Shown piece by piece: positions 8,123 to 18,349 of a stretch of 64,000 bases of DNA (positions are counted from its first letter, which is position 1; each line of letters opens with the position of its first letter). This DNA comes from an uncultured Gammaproteobacteria bacterium (GTDB lineage: Bacteria; Patescibacteriota; Patescibacteriia; UBA9934): assembly GCA_964344415.1 (NCBI GenBank), contig CAYFMS010000002.1, forward strand, positions 128,196-192,195, given 5' to 3'. Under the pieces are notes generated by a model. The model did no database searches. It saw only the letters and a program-made list of their open reading frames with translations, and was not told the origin of the DNA. Made by a program: the position numbers and the translations under genes.

Positions 8123-9127
8123 ATGAAGTTACTTGTGACTGGCGGGGCTGGATTTATAGGATCAAATTTTATCCATTACTGGCTAAAAAATCATCCCGAT
8201 GATGAAATTGTGAATCTCGATGCTCTGACCTATGCTGGGAATTTGGAAAATTTGCAGGGAGTTGAAAGTGATGAACGCTATCAGTTTGTGAAAGGGGATA
8301 TTACAGATCGAGATCTTGTTTTTAGCCTTGTGAAAGATTGTGACATTGTGGTGCATTATGCGGCGGAAAGTCATGTTGATCGGTCAATTTTAGATCCGGC
8401 AGCATTCATCAAAACAAATGTACTCGGGACGCAAGTGCTTTTGGATGCAGCGCGCGAATATGGGAAGCGATTCCATCATGTTTCGACGGATGAGGTTTAT
8501 GGAACATTAGCTCCAGAGGATTCTGCTTTTACGGAAGAATCTCCTTATAAACCGCGGAGCCCCTATGCGGCATCAAAAGCAGCGAGCGATCATTTAGTGC
8601 GCGCTTACCACGTGACATATGATTTGCCTGTTACATTATCGAATTGCTCGAATAATTACGGCCCATTTCATTTTCCAGAAAAATTAATCCCACTCTTTAT
8701 TACGAATCTTATGGAGGGGAAGAAGGTGCCAGTTTACGGAGATGGGGGGCAGATTCGTGACTGGATTCATACAGAAGATCATGCCCGAGGTGTTGAAGCG
8801 ATTATTAAAAAGGGGAAAGTCGGTGAAACATATTTGCTTGGGGGTAATAATCAGCCAACGAACCTTGAAATCACAAAAAAACTTCTTGATTTACTTGGAC
8901 GAGATGAATCCTTTATAGAATATGTGAAAGATAGGCCTGGGCATGACCGACGCTATGACATCGACTTTACAAAGGCGAAAAATGAATTAGGATGGGAACC
9001 GAAAATTGATTTGAATGCAGGACTTACAATGACGGTTGACTGGTATAAGAAAAATGAAGATTGGTGGAAGAATTGTAAGTCAGGTTCTTACCAAGAATAT
9101 TACGAAAAACAGTATAAAGATCGATAG
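8123..9127 (+). CDS. rfbB: dTDP-glucose 4,6-dehydratase
   Basis: TGGAGFIGS motif with a YxxxK catalytic context. The sequence is typical of RfbB. Confidence 0.85.
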   Translation: MKLLVTGGAGFIGSNFIHYWLKNHPDDEIVNLDALTYAGNLENLQGVESDERYQFVKGDITDRDLVFSLVKDCDIVVHYAAESHVDRSILDPAAFIKTNVLGTQVLLDAAREYGKRFHHVSTDEVYGTLAPEDSAFTEESPYKPRSPYAASKAASDHLVRAYHVTYDLPVTLSNCSNNYGPFHFPEKLIPLFITNLMEGKKVPVYGDGGQIRDWIHTEDHARGVEAIIKKGKVGETYLLGGNNQPTNLEITKKLLDLLGRDESFIEYVKDRPGHDRRYDIDFTKAKNELGWEPKIDLNAGLTMTVDWYKKNEDWWKNCKSGSYQEYYEKQYKDR

Positions 9128-9128
9128 T

Positions 9129-10217
9129 ATGAAAGCAGTTATTACGGCGGGCGGGCGCGGAACGCGATTAAGGCCCGTAACCTGGACAATGAATAAACAT
9201 GTGATACCCATTGCGAATGAGCCAATGATTTTTAATGCATTTCGGAAAATTGCGGAAACGGGCATTAAAGATGTGGCCGTCATCATCAATGAGGGTGATA
9301 TTGATTTGCCTCGTATTTGTGGTGATGGGTCAAGATGGGGTATTTCTCTAACGTATATTGAACAGGTCGGTGGGCCGCTTGGGCTCGCAAACACATTGTG
9401 GCAGGCAAAGGATTTTGTTGGAAATGATGATGTCCTTCTATACCTTGGAGACAATATCGTTCTTGGTTCGCTTTCTGATCTTGTGAACAAGTTTCAGAAT
9501 GAACATCTTGATTGCTGCTTGGCTCTAACTCGCGTTGATGACCCTGAGCGTTTTGGTGTTGCTGAAATTGATGCAGATGGCAGGATTACGGCCGTTATTG
9601 AAAAGCCGGAAAATCCACCGAATAATTTAGCAGTGACGGGACTCTATATTTATAAAGGGCCGAGCTATTTTGAGGCATATGAACATATTCAACCTTCAGA
9701 TCGAGGTGAGTATGAAATTTCAGATATTCATGACTGGTTTGTGAAAAATGGCCGTACTGTTGGATATGAAGAGATGTTTGGTTGGTGGAAAGATACAGGA
9801 AAGCCAGATGATTTGCTTGAAGGGAATCAGTTGCTATTGAATGAAATGGGGCTCGAGGATGCGACGATCGACGAGGCGGCAACGGTGCATAAGGATGCGC
9901 GTATTCAAGGACGCGTGAAAATTGCTGCGGGAGCGGAGATTGAGCAAGATGTATTGATTCGAGGCCCGGTTATCATTGGTGCTAATGCCAAGCTCGAGAA
10001 TTGTTATATTGGCCCGCATACCACGATTGGAAATAACACGGTTATTTCAGATTGCGAAATCGAGCATTCTATTGTTATGGATGGTGCGAAGATATCCACC
10101 AATGAACGCATTACAGACAGCATTATCGGTCACAATGCAACGATTGTGAAGCAGGCGGCATCTCGTCCCGGAGGCCATAAAATGGTCATCGGCGAGAATA
10201 CATATCTTGAATTATAA
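9129..10217 (+). CDS. sugar-phosphate nucleotidyltransferase with a C-terminal hexapeptide-repeat domain (RmlA-like, long form)
   Basis: N-terminal AGGRGTRLRPVT motif and a C-terminal left-handed beta-helix repeat region. The ATG lies 1 nt after the rfbB stop codon. Confidence 0.7.
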   Translation: MKAVITAGGRGTRLRPVTWTMNKHVIPIANEPMIFNAFRKIAETGIKDVAVIINEGDIDLPRICGDGSRWGISLTYIEQVGGPLGLANTLWQAKDFVGNDDVLLYLGDNIVLGSLSDLVNKFQNEHLDCCLALTRVDDPERFGVAEIDADGRITAVIEKPENPPNNLAVTGLYIYKGPSYFEAYEHIQPSDRGEYEISDIHDWFVKNGRTVGYEEMFGWWKDTGKPDDLLEGNQLLLNEMGLEDATIDEAATVHKDARIQGRVKIAAGAEIEQDVLIRGPVIIGANAKLENCYIGPHTTIGNNTVISDCEIEHSIVMDGAKISTNERITDSIIGHNATIVKQAASRPGGHKMVIGENTYLEL

Positions 10218-10337
10218 GATTTATTCACGTTGCTTCTTGCATGCTCATTTGAGTTGTGAATGCAATTTATTCACAATTCCTTAGAAAAATAGTGAAATTG
10301 TGCTAAGATCGCTCTGTAATCAATAATTAATCAAATT

Positions 10338-10622
10338 ATGGAAAAGCGTTTAACAAAATCTCAACTTATGTCAGCACTAGCTGAAACTTGGGGAATTTCA
10401 AAGAAAGAAGCGGAAGAAGGGTACAATGCCTTCGTGGAGATGCTTTATAAGGAAATTAATCGAGCAGGAGAGGTAATGCTTCCAGGACTTGGTAAATTTG
10501 CAAAGAAGCACCGAAAGGCGCGAATGGGGCGTAACCCAATGACGGGTGAGTCAATTCAAATCCCTGCAAAGACGGTTTTGAAGTTCGGAGTAAACAAGGC
10601 GGCAAAAGATGCATTGCTCTAA
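10338..10622 (+). CDS. hup: HU/IHF-family DNA-binding protein
   Basis: Motif GKF...ARMGRNPMTGESIQIPA. Confidence 0.8.
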   Translation: MEKRLTKSQLMSALAETWGISKKEAEEGYNAFVEMLYKEINRAGEVMLPGLGKFAKKHRKARMGRNPMTGESIQIPAKTVLKFGVNKAAKDALL

Positions 10623-10751
10623 GGTGTAATTTGTATCTGGCTCGTACGGAGTCGGGTTTTATACAGAAATCTCCCTCATGGATTTCCTTGGGGGATTTTT
10701 GTTTAAATGCTGTAAATTTGAATGCAGCTAAGTCTGTGGTAAAGTCAAAAT

Positions 10752-11948
10752 ATGAAAGGGCGGTGGAAAAAAGTTGCAAAGATTGCAGCCCTGTTTGTGG
10801 GGATTCTTTTTGTATTGGCCGGAATTTCTTGGAGAATTTTTGTTGCATATGCAAGTCTTGAAGATGTACTCCATGTAGATGCCGTGAAAGATGAATTGCA
10901 AATTCGCCGTGATCAATTCGTGGATACATATGGCGGCACCGTGGATTTTGCGGAGGATGATGAAATCAATGTTTTACTTTTGGGACTTGATGCTCGCAAG
11001 GGTTGGGAATCGGCGCATTGCGACGCTATTCACATGTTCACACTTAATCTAACGGATTGGACAATGACCATTACATCGGTGCCGCGGGGAACATACTCAT
11101 CTCTCCCCGAGCGGTACGCGGATACGGAATACTATCTTGCAAATGCATGTGGTTATGGAGGATTGGAATATGGAATTGAGCAAATAGAAAAGACGCTTGG
11201 CGTAAGGGCTGACTATTATGCAACGGTTGGCTTTTCTCAGGTATACGGCATTTTGCGCACATTTAATTTGCCAACATCAGACTCTCTGCAATGGCTTCGT
11301 CATCGTCGAAGCTATGCAATAGGCGACCCGCAGCGTAGTCACAATCAGGCAGTGTTCATGAAGGACATGATTCTTACGCAGCTTGGCCGATTCAGAAGTG
11401 ATGTATTCAAACCAATGTTCTTGATCGTATTTAACATGCTCGATACGGATATGGACATTGTTCTGGCCCGATCGCTTCTTTTTGCATATCTTGATGCAGA
11501 TATCGACAAGAGGCCTGATGACATTGTGCTCAGCATGAAGCCGTATCATCCCGATATTCAGGATTTGCATTTTGATTTCGAGAATGGAGGTGATCAGATT
11601 GACGAATTGCTCGAACGGATTCGGCCGGTAACAAGCTCAGAGGATTTGTCGGATAAATCACTTGAAGAATATCAAATAGATTTATTGCAATTTTTGGAAG
11701 ATGGACTCACTGATGAGGAAGAGTTTGATTTAATTGTCGAGCGCCAACTCTGGCTTCAAATTGAAGATCATGAGATGCGCGAAGAAATGCATTTCAACTA
11801 TTTAGAAGCGCAAGTGAATGCTTTGGCGGAGAGTGAAATCAATGATGCTATTAATCTCATCACGGTATTCATTATCGAAAAAGAAACCTTTGGCGAAGAT
11901 CTTTCCATAAAGCGAGCCGAGGATTTGATGAAAGAAGTGATACAATAG
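10752..11948 (+). CDS. LytR-CpsA-Psr (LCP) family protein with an acidic C-terminal tail
   Basis: N-terminal TM segment, followed by LLLGLDARK...SVPRGT... characteristic of the LCP domain. Confidence 0.6.
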   Translation: MKGRWKKVAKIAALFVGILFVLAGISWRIFVAYASLEDVLHVDAVKDELQIRRDQFVDTYGGTVDFAEDDEINVLLLGLDARKGWESAHCDAIHMFTLNLTDWTMTITSVPRGTYSSLPERYADTEYYLANACGYGGLEYGIEQIEKTLGVRADYYATVGFSQVYGILRTFNLPTSDSLQWLRHRRSYAIGDPQRSHNQAVFMKDMILTQLGRFRSDVFKPMFLIVFNMLDTDMDIVLARSLLFAYLDADIDKRPDDIVLSMKPYHPDIQDLHFDFENGGDQIDELLERIRPVTSSEDLSDKSLEEYQIDLLQFLEDGLTDEEEFDLIVERQLWLQIEDHEMREEMHFNYLEAQVNALAESEINDAINLITVFIIEKETFGEDLSIKRAEDLMKEVIQ

Positions 11949-11953
11949 GACAT

Positions 11954-12784
11954 ATGAATGTGAAAAAGGAGGACGGTCGCATCGTCCCATTTGACCCAGC
12001 AAAAGTGATTGAAAGCATCAAAAGAACTGGTGCGGGCGATGAAGTTGCGGAGAAAGTTCTGAATGCTGTGCGTTCAAAAATGACAGATGGCATGACAACA
12101 GCGAAACTGTATCACCTTGTACGTGCCGAGCTTGATAAGCAAAATATTTGCTTCGCTTGTAGATATGGCTTGCGGGAGGGGATTTTAAAGCTTGGTCCGG
12201 CTGGATATAATTTTGAATATTATATTGCTGCTATTTTGCGTGCCTATGGCTATGAAGCTACAAATCCGCAAAGAGATATCGAGGGAAGTTGCGTAGCTCA
12301 TGAAGTTGATGTTATTGGCGAAAAAGACGGGAAGCGTATTTTTATAGAAGCAAAGTTTAGGAATCGTCGCAGCGATAATGTGAATTTGAAAGATATCATG
12401 GCAACATGGTCCAGGTTCGTTGATTTGGTCGATGGAGGGTCAATGGGCAAGAATCCTGGTTTTGACGAATGTCATGTTATGACAAATGCTCGTTTTTCTG
12501 ATCGAGCATTGGCATTTGGTGAATGTAAAGGAATGAAATTAACGGGATGGAGCTATCCGAAAGAGGGGGCATTTAATGAATTGGTTGATCGAGTTGAGTT
12601 TTACCCAGTGACTGTCATTGAAGATATGTCAAAAACGGAGCTTGAGCATTTCGCGAAAGCAGGACTCATTTTATGTAAAGATATTGAGGGTCTGGAACCG
12701 GAAGAGTTGGCGGACCGGACGGATATTTCTGTGCATCGCGCAGAAGAATTAATCGGACTTTGCACGAAAGTAATTGAGGGATAA
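11954..12784 (+). CDS. ATP-cone domain fused to an Mrr-like PD-(D/E)xK restriction endonuclease domain, with a C-terminal HhH-like region
   Basis: N-terminal sequence VKKEDGRIVPFDPAKVIESIKR is ATP-cone. The nuclease core has D...EVDVIG...EAK. Confidence 0.6.
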   Translation: MNVKKEDGRIVPFDPAKVIESIKRTGAGDEVAEKVLNAVRSKMTDGMTTAKLYHLVRAELDKQNICFACRYGLREGILKLGPAGYNFEYYIAAILRAYGYEATNPQRDIEGSCVAHEVDVIGEKDGKRIFIEAKFRNRRSDNVNLKDIMATWSRFVDLVDGGSMGKNPGFDECHVMTNARFSDRALAFGECKGMKLTGWSYPKEGAFNELVDRVEFYPVTVIEDMSKTELEHFAKAGLILCKDIEGLEPEELADRTDISVHRAEELIGLCTKVIEG

Positions 12785-12810
12785 AAAAACAGGCCTTTGC
12801 AGGTCTGTTT
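12785..12810. terminator. bidirectional terminator between convergent genes
   Basis: Hairpin caggcc-tttgc-aggtctg with an A-run on one side and a T-run on the other. Confidence 0.55.
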
Positions 12811-13038
12811 TTACTTATAGTCGCGGAGGTCGAATTTCTTACCCTCGGCTGCCCACTTTTGCAGCGTTCGCAGTCCTCGAGTTGAAATCTGAACCGTTTC
12901 CATCTTTCCTGTTGCAGGATTGAGCATACGCTTCTTCTGCATATTCGGATGCTGGCGACGTTTTGTCTTTACATTTGAGTGACTTACATTGTGGCCTGTA
13001 AGGGCTGTTTTTCCAGTCACTTTGCATTCTTTTGCCAT
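12811..13038 (-). CDS. rpmB: 50S ribosomal protein L28
   Basis: MAKECKVTGKTALTGHNVSHSNVKTKRR... matches the L28 signature. Confidence 0.8.
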   Translation of the reverse strand: MAKECKVTGKTALTGHNVSHSNVKTKRRQHPNMQKKRMLNPATGKMETVQISTRGLRTLQKWAAEGKKFDLRDYK

Positions 13039-13173
13039 AAATTAGTAAGTAGAGAGTAGTTAGTGGTAAGTAGGATATGACTGATAAAAATCATTCAAAT
13101 CCACGATGGCGGAATTGTAGCGGATTTTGGCTATTTTGGCAAGTGCTGGAGGGGTGATATAATCTTTGCATAT

Positions 13174-14529
13174 ATGAAGGGGGATTCCGGAGGCAAAAAG
13201 GCGCATATTGTTGCGGTGAATATGGGATATGGTCATGAGAGGCCGGCACATGTCATGCGGCAGCTTTTTGGCTATAAAAATCAGGTGATAATAGCCAATG
13301 ATTATGAGGGTATTCCCGAACGAGATCAGCGATTATGGGAGGATGGCCGCAAGGTCTATGAAAAGGTATCTCGTTTCAAAAAAGTGCCTGTTTTTGGACA
13401 AATGGTATTTGGGATCATGAATGAGATTCAGCGAATACCTCCTTTTTATCCACAAAGAGATTTATCATCCCCAAGCCTACAGGTTCGTCAATTTTATTGG
13501 TTGATTCGCCAGAAAAACATGATGCGGCACTTAATTGAGAAGTTAGGGGAGCATCCTTTGCCATTTGTCAGCACATTTATGTCGCCAGCATTTGCTGCTG
13601 AAGAATTTGGTTACCCGGAAGATATTTTTGTGCTTTGCACGGATTCCGATATAAGCAGAGCATGGGTCCCGCTCGATCCAAAAAAGACGCGCATTCAGTA
13701 CTTTGCACCGACTGGCCGCGTTGCTGCTCGTTTGAATATGTATGGCGTGCCTGAAAAGAATATTCATCTAACCGGATTCCCACTTCCTCCAAAAAATATT
13801 GGCGGGACGGAATCAAAGTTGGTCCTTTCAGATTTAAACCGGCGTATTTGTAATTTGGATCCGAATGGATATTTTATTGCACATACGGGTGTGGCATTGA
13901 ATGCCTATCTTGGCGCGCAGTATTGTCGAAATGTTCAGAAAAAGAAAGCGACAAAGATTCAATTGGCTTTTGCTGTTGGTGGAGCTGGTGCTCAAAGAGA
14001 AATCGGCGGTGCGATTATGAAATCTCTCAAGAGAGAGCTGGCGCAAAATAAAATAGTTTTGCATTTAATTGCGGGGACGAGGCTAGAGGTTGCGCGATAT
14101 TTTGAAGATGCTGCTCGGCAGTTAAGGCTTTCGAAGTTTTTAGGAAAATCGATCAAAATTCTTATCGAGCCGAGCCGCCCTCAATACTTTGATGCATTTT
14201 CTGCGCTCATGAGGAAAATCGATATTTTATGGACAAAGCCAAGTGAATTGTCTTTTTATGCTGGGCTTGGAATTCCGATTATTATGGCACCGACCGTTGG
14301 GTCTCAGGAAGATTTTAATAAGCAATGGTTGACGCAAATGGGGGCGGGGATTGATCAAATGGATCCGCGCTATACAAATGAATGGCTTTTTGATTGGATT
14401 GAATCTGGTGCACTTGCGCGGATGGCTTGGAATGGATACATCGAGGCGCCGACGCATGGTGTTTACCGAATCCATGAGACGATTAGTGGGCGTAAGCATG
14501 ATATTCACCCATTACCACTCATAGTCTAG
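13174..14529 (+). CDS. putative GT-B fold glycosyltransferase (MurG/MGDG-synthase-like)
   Basis: N-terminal NMGYGHERPAH and C-terminal PIIMAPTVGSQEDFNKQWL...GAG, which resembles GT28 C-terminal motifs. Confidence 0.4.
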   Translation: MKGDSGGKKAHIVAVNMGYGHERPAHVMRQLFGYKNQVIIANDYEGIPERDQRLWEDGRKVYEKVSRFKKVPVFGQMVFGIMNEIQRIPPFYPQRDLSSPSLQVRQFYWLIRQKNMMRHLIEKLGEHPLPFVSTFMSPAFAAEEFGYPEDIFVLCTDSDISRAWVPLDPKKTRIQYFAPTGRVAARLNMYGVPEKNIHLTGFPLPPKNIGGTESKLVLSDLNRRICNLDPNGYFIAHTGVALNAYLGAQYCRNVQKKKATKIQLAFAVGGAGAQREIGGAIMKSLKRELAQNKIVLHLIAGTRLEVARYFEDAARQLRLSKFLGKSIKILIEPSRPQYFDAFSALMRKIDILWTKPSELSFYAGLGIPIIMAPTVGSQEDFNKQWLTQMGAGIDQMDPRYTNEWLFDWIESGALARMAWNGYIEAPTHGVYRIHETISGRKHDIHPLPLIV

Positions 14530-14850
14530 GTGTCGCTCGTGAGTTAGCGATCTTTCGCTTCAGTTTTCCGTTGCTCATTCACCGTACGTTTCAGTACGGC
14601 TCATTCCGCTACTCAAACTTCAACGAAATATCATCTAACTCACTTCGCGACCACAATCGTAATCCCAAACTTGATATGGGATCCATACGATGCGCCTCTC
14701 GACTACTTACTATTTTCTACTAACTACTTACTGCTAAATCACTGCGCGACCCTATTCGAAATCCTGAGCCTGTCGAAGGATCTTTCCAAATTGCGACCAG
14801 AATCTCCTCAATCTCCTAAATCTCCTTTATCTCCGTTTCACGCATATAAT
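14530..14850 (+). repeat. mosaic intergenic repeat element, copy B (modules M1-M2-M3-M4)
   Basis: Starts immediately after a stop codon. Shares gtcgctcgtgagttagcgatc, the hairpin ccgtacgtttcagtacgg, cacttcgcgacc, and gatcgaaatcctgagcctgtcgaaggatct with the other loci. Confidence 0.7.
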
Positions 14851-14918
14851 CCTCTTGCCAGACAAGATTTTTTAATTTAATGTAAATATATCTTGGTGGA
14901 CATTCATGTAAACGATTG

Positions 14919-15107
14919 TCACGGAAACTGTAAGACTTCATGGATTGAGTGCCTGTTTGCAATTTCTAGAGTTGCTTGAACGGGATGGGTAATAGAAAGC
15001 CCTTCATTCTCCAGGTCGATCAGCCGCGTCTCCTCAAAAACGCCTTCTTGCAGTGCCTGTGCTGATTCCAACCTCTTCGCAAAGGGATGGCATTGAATGC
15101 TCACCAT
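14919..15107 (-). CDS. questionable small ORF embedded between repeat copies
   Basis: 62 aa with no SD. It may be a gene fragment. Confidence 0.15.
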   Translation of the reverse strand: MVSIQCHPFAKRLESAQALQEGVFEETRLIDLENEGLSITHPVQATLEIANRHSIHEVLQFP

Positions 15108-15109
15108 TT

Positions 15110-15180
15110 TTTTTATTTTGTCGCTTGTGAGTGAGCGATCTTGATCGAAATCCTGAGCCTGTCGAATTGACGATTGCTCT
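15110..15180 (+). repeat. mosaic intergenic repeat element, copy D (M1 fused to M3)
   Basis: The segment ttgtcgcttgtgagtgagcgatcttgatcgaaatcctgagcctgtcgaa. Confidence 0.7.
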
Positions 15181-15236
15181 AATTCTTGCTATTTTTACTA
15201 CTCGCATTTAGCGAGATTACTTCAAAAGGAGGGGGT

Positions 15237-15620
15237 ATGTACTGTGCGATCTTGGCCATTATCATCACGATCATGGCTATCTCAACGAGGCGGTATATGC
15301 AATTCAAGAACGAATGGCATGGTAAGCCGATCAGATTTCAAGATCCAAATACGGCAATCATTTGGTTCGTGGAGGGTTTCACTCGCGCCGAGGCGAAAGC
15401 TGTCTATCTACAAAACGATAAATGGTGTGTAGTGCTACGTTTCAATAGAAGCACATGGGTGTCATTGGCGGCCAAGCAATCATTGCATTTGAGTCATTTA
15501 CGGACAGAGATGATCACAAAGCCATGCCGTGGAACCGAATGCGTCCAAGGTAATGAAGTCGACAATGAGGAGCGCCGCCGAATTGCTGCCCGGCATCGAG
15601 CAGCACAGAAAAAGAGGTAA
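15237..15620 (+). CDS. membrane-anchored hypothetical protein
   Basis: Strong SD aaaggaggggg 3 nt before the ATG, an N-terminal TM helix, and a basic C-terminus. Confidence 0.5.
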   Translation: MYCAILAIIITIMAISTRRYMQFKNEWHGKPIRFQDPNTAIIWFVEGFTRAEAKAVYLQNDKWCVVLRFNRSTWVSLAAKQSLHLSHLRTEMITKPCRGTECVQGNEVDNEERRRIAARHRAAQKKR

Positions 15621-15699
15621 TCAACCCACGGTGATTTGCAATGGTGTACGCTCTCCCAAATAGATGGGAGAGATTTTTTTATGCTAAAATGCCTTCACT

Positions 15700-17775
15700 A
15701 TGAAGGAATTCGTTTTAACAGGTTCTTCACCGAGAGATTTGAAAATTGATTATGATGCTGAGCTTAATGATCAGCAATTGCAGGTCGTGAAAGAGGCGGA
15801 TGGTGCATCACTCGTTTTGGCTGGGGCCGGTTCGGGAAAAACACGTACCATTACCTATCGTGTTGCATGGCTGATGGAGCATGGAGTGAGTCCAGAAAAT
15901 ATCTTGCTTGTCACATTCACAAATAAGGCATCACGCGAAATGATCGAACGAGTGGAGGGGTTGCTTGGGTCTTATCCAAAAGGGCTTTGGGCTGGAACAT
16001 TTCACTCAATTGCGAATCGATTGTTGCGTAAATATGCTCACACAATTGGGTATCAATCGAATTTTTCTATTCTAAGTGAGGAAGATGCGCGCGACCTAAT
16101 TTCCCTCTGCGTAAAAGATTTAAAAATTGACACGAAAAAACGTCGCTTTCCAAGTAATAAAGTTTTGCTTGGCTACATTTCATATAGTCGGAATAGGCAA
16201 GATGATTTTGAATGGTTTATCGAGCATAATCATCCGAAAATGCTACCAATTATTGGCGACATGAAGGCAGTTGCGAATAAGTATGCCGAAGTAAAGAAAT
16301 TGCAGAATGCAATGGATTTTGACGATTTGCTTATTAATTTACTTGAGCTACTTCAAAATCCGGAAATTATTAGTCGGCTGTCGAATCAATTTCAGTATGT
16401 ATTGGTTGACGAGTTTCAGGACACAAATATCGTGCAGGCAAAAATTATTAAACTCATATCGAGTACGCATAAAAATGTCCTCGTCGTGGGGGATGATGCG
16501 CAGAGTATTTACTCATTCCGAGCGGCTGAAATCCGAAATATTCTCGATTTTCCAAATAGCTATGAACAGGCGAAGACATTCAGATTAACGAAGAATTATC
16601 GTTCAACACCGCAGATTCTCTCGATTGCAAATGCAGTTATTCAACATAATGAAGAACAATTCGATAAAGAATTATCTGCGACACGGGGCGGAGGTTCGCT
16701 TCCGGAATTAATCCCTGCTCGCAGCACAAGTCAAGAGGCGCAATATATTGCCGAAAAGATTTTAGATTTGCATGCAAAGGGGACGGCGCTCAGTGAAATT
16801 GCTGTGCTATTCCGCGCCGCATTTCATTCACAGGCACTTGAATTCGAGCTCATGAAACGCGACATTCCATATGACTATCGTGGCGGGATGAAATTTTTTG
16901 AACGTTCACATGTGAAAGATATTGTTTCGCATCTGCGTCTCCTCAATAATTTGAAAGATGGAATGGCTTGGGTGAGGGCACTTCGTATTCATCCAGGAAT
17001 TGGATTGGTAACGGCGGGGAAAATATCTGCCAAAGCGGGTGCATTTGATTCACTCAGGGATGCAGTAGACGCTTTGGGTCCTGGAGGAAAAAGGGCGCAA
17101 GCAGGATTTGAGGGATTTAGGCGCATTATTCGGAAGATGCTTTCCGTCCCAGATATGCCATCGGAACTCATACGAGCCCTTGCTTCAAGCGACGATTATA
17201 AAGCATATATCGAAAATGAATTTCCAAATTATCAGGATCGTTTGGATGATTTAGAGCAATTTGCCGTTTTCGCTGAGCAATTTAATGATCTCGGTGAATT
17301 TTTGGATGCAGTGAGCTTAACGGATGAATATGGTGTGAATACAAAGCAAAATCAGCCAATCGATAGTGATCGCATTATTCTTTCTACCATTCATCAGGCA
17401 AAGGGGCTTGAATGGGATGCGGTATTTATTATGAATTTGGCGGATGGAAAATTCCCGAATAAGCGCGCAATGGAAGAAGCGGATGGTGTTGAAGAAGAGC
17501 GCCGGCTTTTTTATGTCGCGACGACGCGTGCCCGCAGCGCACTTTTCATGACTTATCCAATCACGGCTGGATACGAACATGTTGAATTACAGCAACCGTC
17601 TATGTTTATCGATGAAATTCCAAAGGAAATGTATGAAACGGTGAAATTGCGCCATGAGAGGCCTCGGTATAATCATTCCCGACGCTCGGATGATTTTGAT
17701 ACTATTGTTCTTGATGAGCTTGGTGAACAGATTAAAAAACCAATGCCATCGTCATTCTTAAAAGATATTACATAA
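15700..17775 (+). CDS. pcrA: UvrD/PcrA-family ATP-dependent DNA helicase
   Basis: Walker A motif AGAGSGKTRTI, LLVTFTNKA, VLVDEFQDT, and YRS. The length of 691 aa is typical. Confidence 0.85.
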   Translation: MKEFVLTGSSPRDLKIDYDAELNDQQLQVVKEADGASLVLAGAGSGKTRTITYRVAWLMEHGVSPENILLVTFTNKASREMIERVEGLLGSYPKGLWAGTFHSIANRLLRKYAHTIGYQSNFSILSEEDARDLISLCVKDLKIDTKKRRFPSNKVLLGYISYSRNRQDDFEWFIEHNHPKMLPIIGDMKAVANKYAEVKKLQNAMDFDDLLINLLELLQNPEIISRLSNQFQYVLVDEFQDTNIVQAKIIKLISSTHKNVLVVGDDAQSIYSFRAAEIRNILDFPNSYEQAKTFRLTKNYRSTPQILSIANAVIQHNEEQFDKELSATRGGGSLPELIPARSTSQEAQYIAEKILDLHAKGTALSEIAVLFRAAFHSQALEFELMKRDIPYDYRGGMKFFERSHVKDIVSHLRLLNNLKDGMAWVRALRIHPGIGLVTAGKISAKAGAFDSLRDAVDALGPGGKRAQAGFEGFRRIIRKMLSVPDMPSELIRALASSDDYKAYIENEFPNYQDRLDDLEQFAVFAEQFNDLGEFLDAVSLTDEYGVNTKQNQPIDSDRIILSTIHQAKGLEWDAVFIMNLADGKFPNKRAMEEADGVEEERRLFYVATTRARSALFMTYPITAGYEHVELQQPSMFIDEIPKEMYETVKLRHERPRYNHSRRSDDFDTIVLDELGEQIKKPMPSSFLKDIT

Positions 17776-17776
17776 T

Positions 17777-18349
17777 ATGGGTTATCAAAGATTTGGTTCG
17801 GGAAATGGGCCTGCCGGCAAAGCAAAGGGTACAATTATTGCTTTGATTGGATTACTTGCAGCCGTGGCATTTTTTCTTATTATTCTCATCACATTCTTCA
17901 TTGATATGGCGGCGGAAGATATAGATGATGTTGAAATGGTGGAAGTGGTGGAAGAATCGACGAGTCAAATCGAGGAACAAATTCCATCGGTCAACATTGC
18001 GGTTGAGGAGATTGAATTGCATGGTTCCGAAGGATTTACAGCAAGTGGAATTGCACGTCGCGGCGTGGAAAATGGCATTTTTACACATGTCGTTGTTGCG
18101 GATTTACCGGCCATTAATACGGATGCCTATTTTTATGAGGGATGGCTTGTGCGTCCAGGAGTAACCGAATTCTTTTCAACGGGTGCTATGTTCCCGCGTG
18201 AAGATGGGAAGTGGGGATTGGTTTATGACATTGAACTTGATGATAGGGACGATGTATACGATTTTTATCGAGTGATTTTAACGCGCGAGCCATTTGATAA
18301 TGATCCGGCGCCGGATGTTCATGTCGCAGAAGGAGACTTCGTGAACTAG
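17777..18349 (+). CDS. membrane protein with an anti-sigma-K (RskA)-like C-terminal domain
   Basis: TM helix, an acidic linker, and a C-terminal YEGWLV...ILTREPFDNDPAP pattern. Confidence 0.35.
   Translation: MGYQRFGSGNGPAGKAKGTIIALIGLLAAVAFFLIILITFFIDMAAEDIDDVEMVEVVEESTSQIEEQIPSVNIAVEEIELHGSEGFTASGIARRGVENGIFTHVVVADLPAINTDAYFYEGWLVRPGVTEFFSTGAMFPREDGKWGLVYDIELDDRDDVYDFYRVILTREPFDNDPAPDVHVAEGDFVN

Noticed and set aside
14671-14880. 69-aa ORF inside repeat copy B, and 35909..36196(-) inside repeat copy E
   Set aside because: They lie entirely within dispersed repeat modules, have no RBS, and have proline- and serine-rich low-complexity translations.
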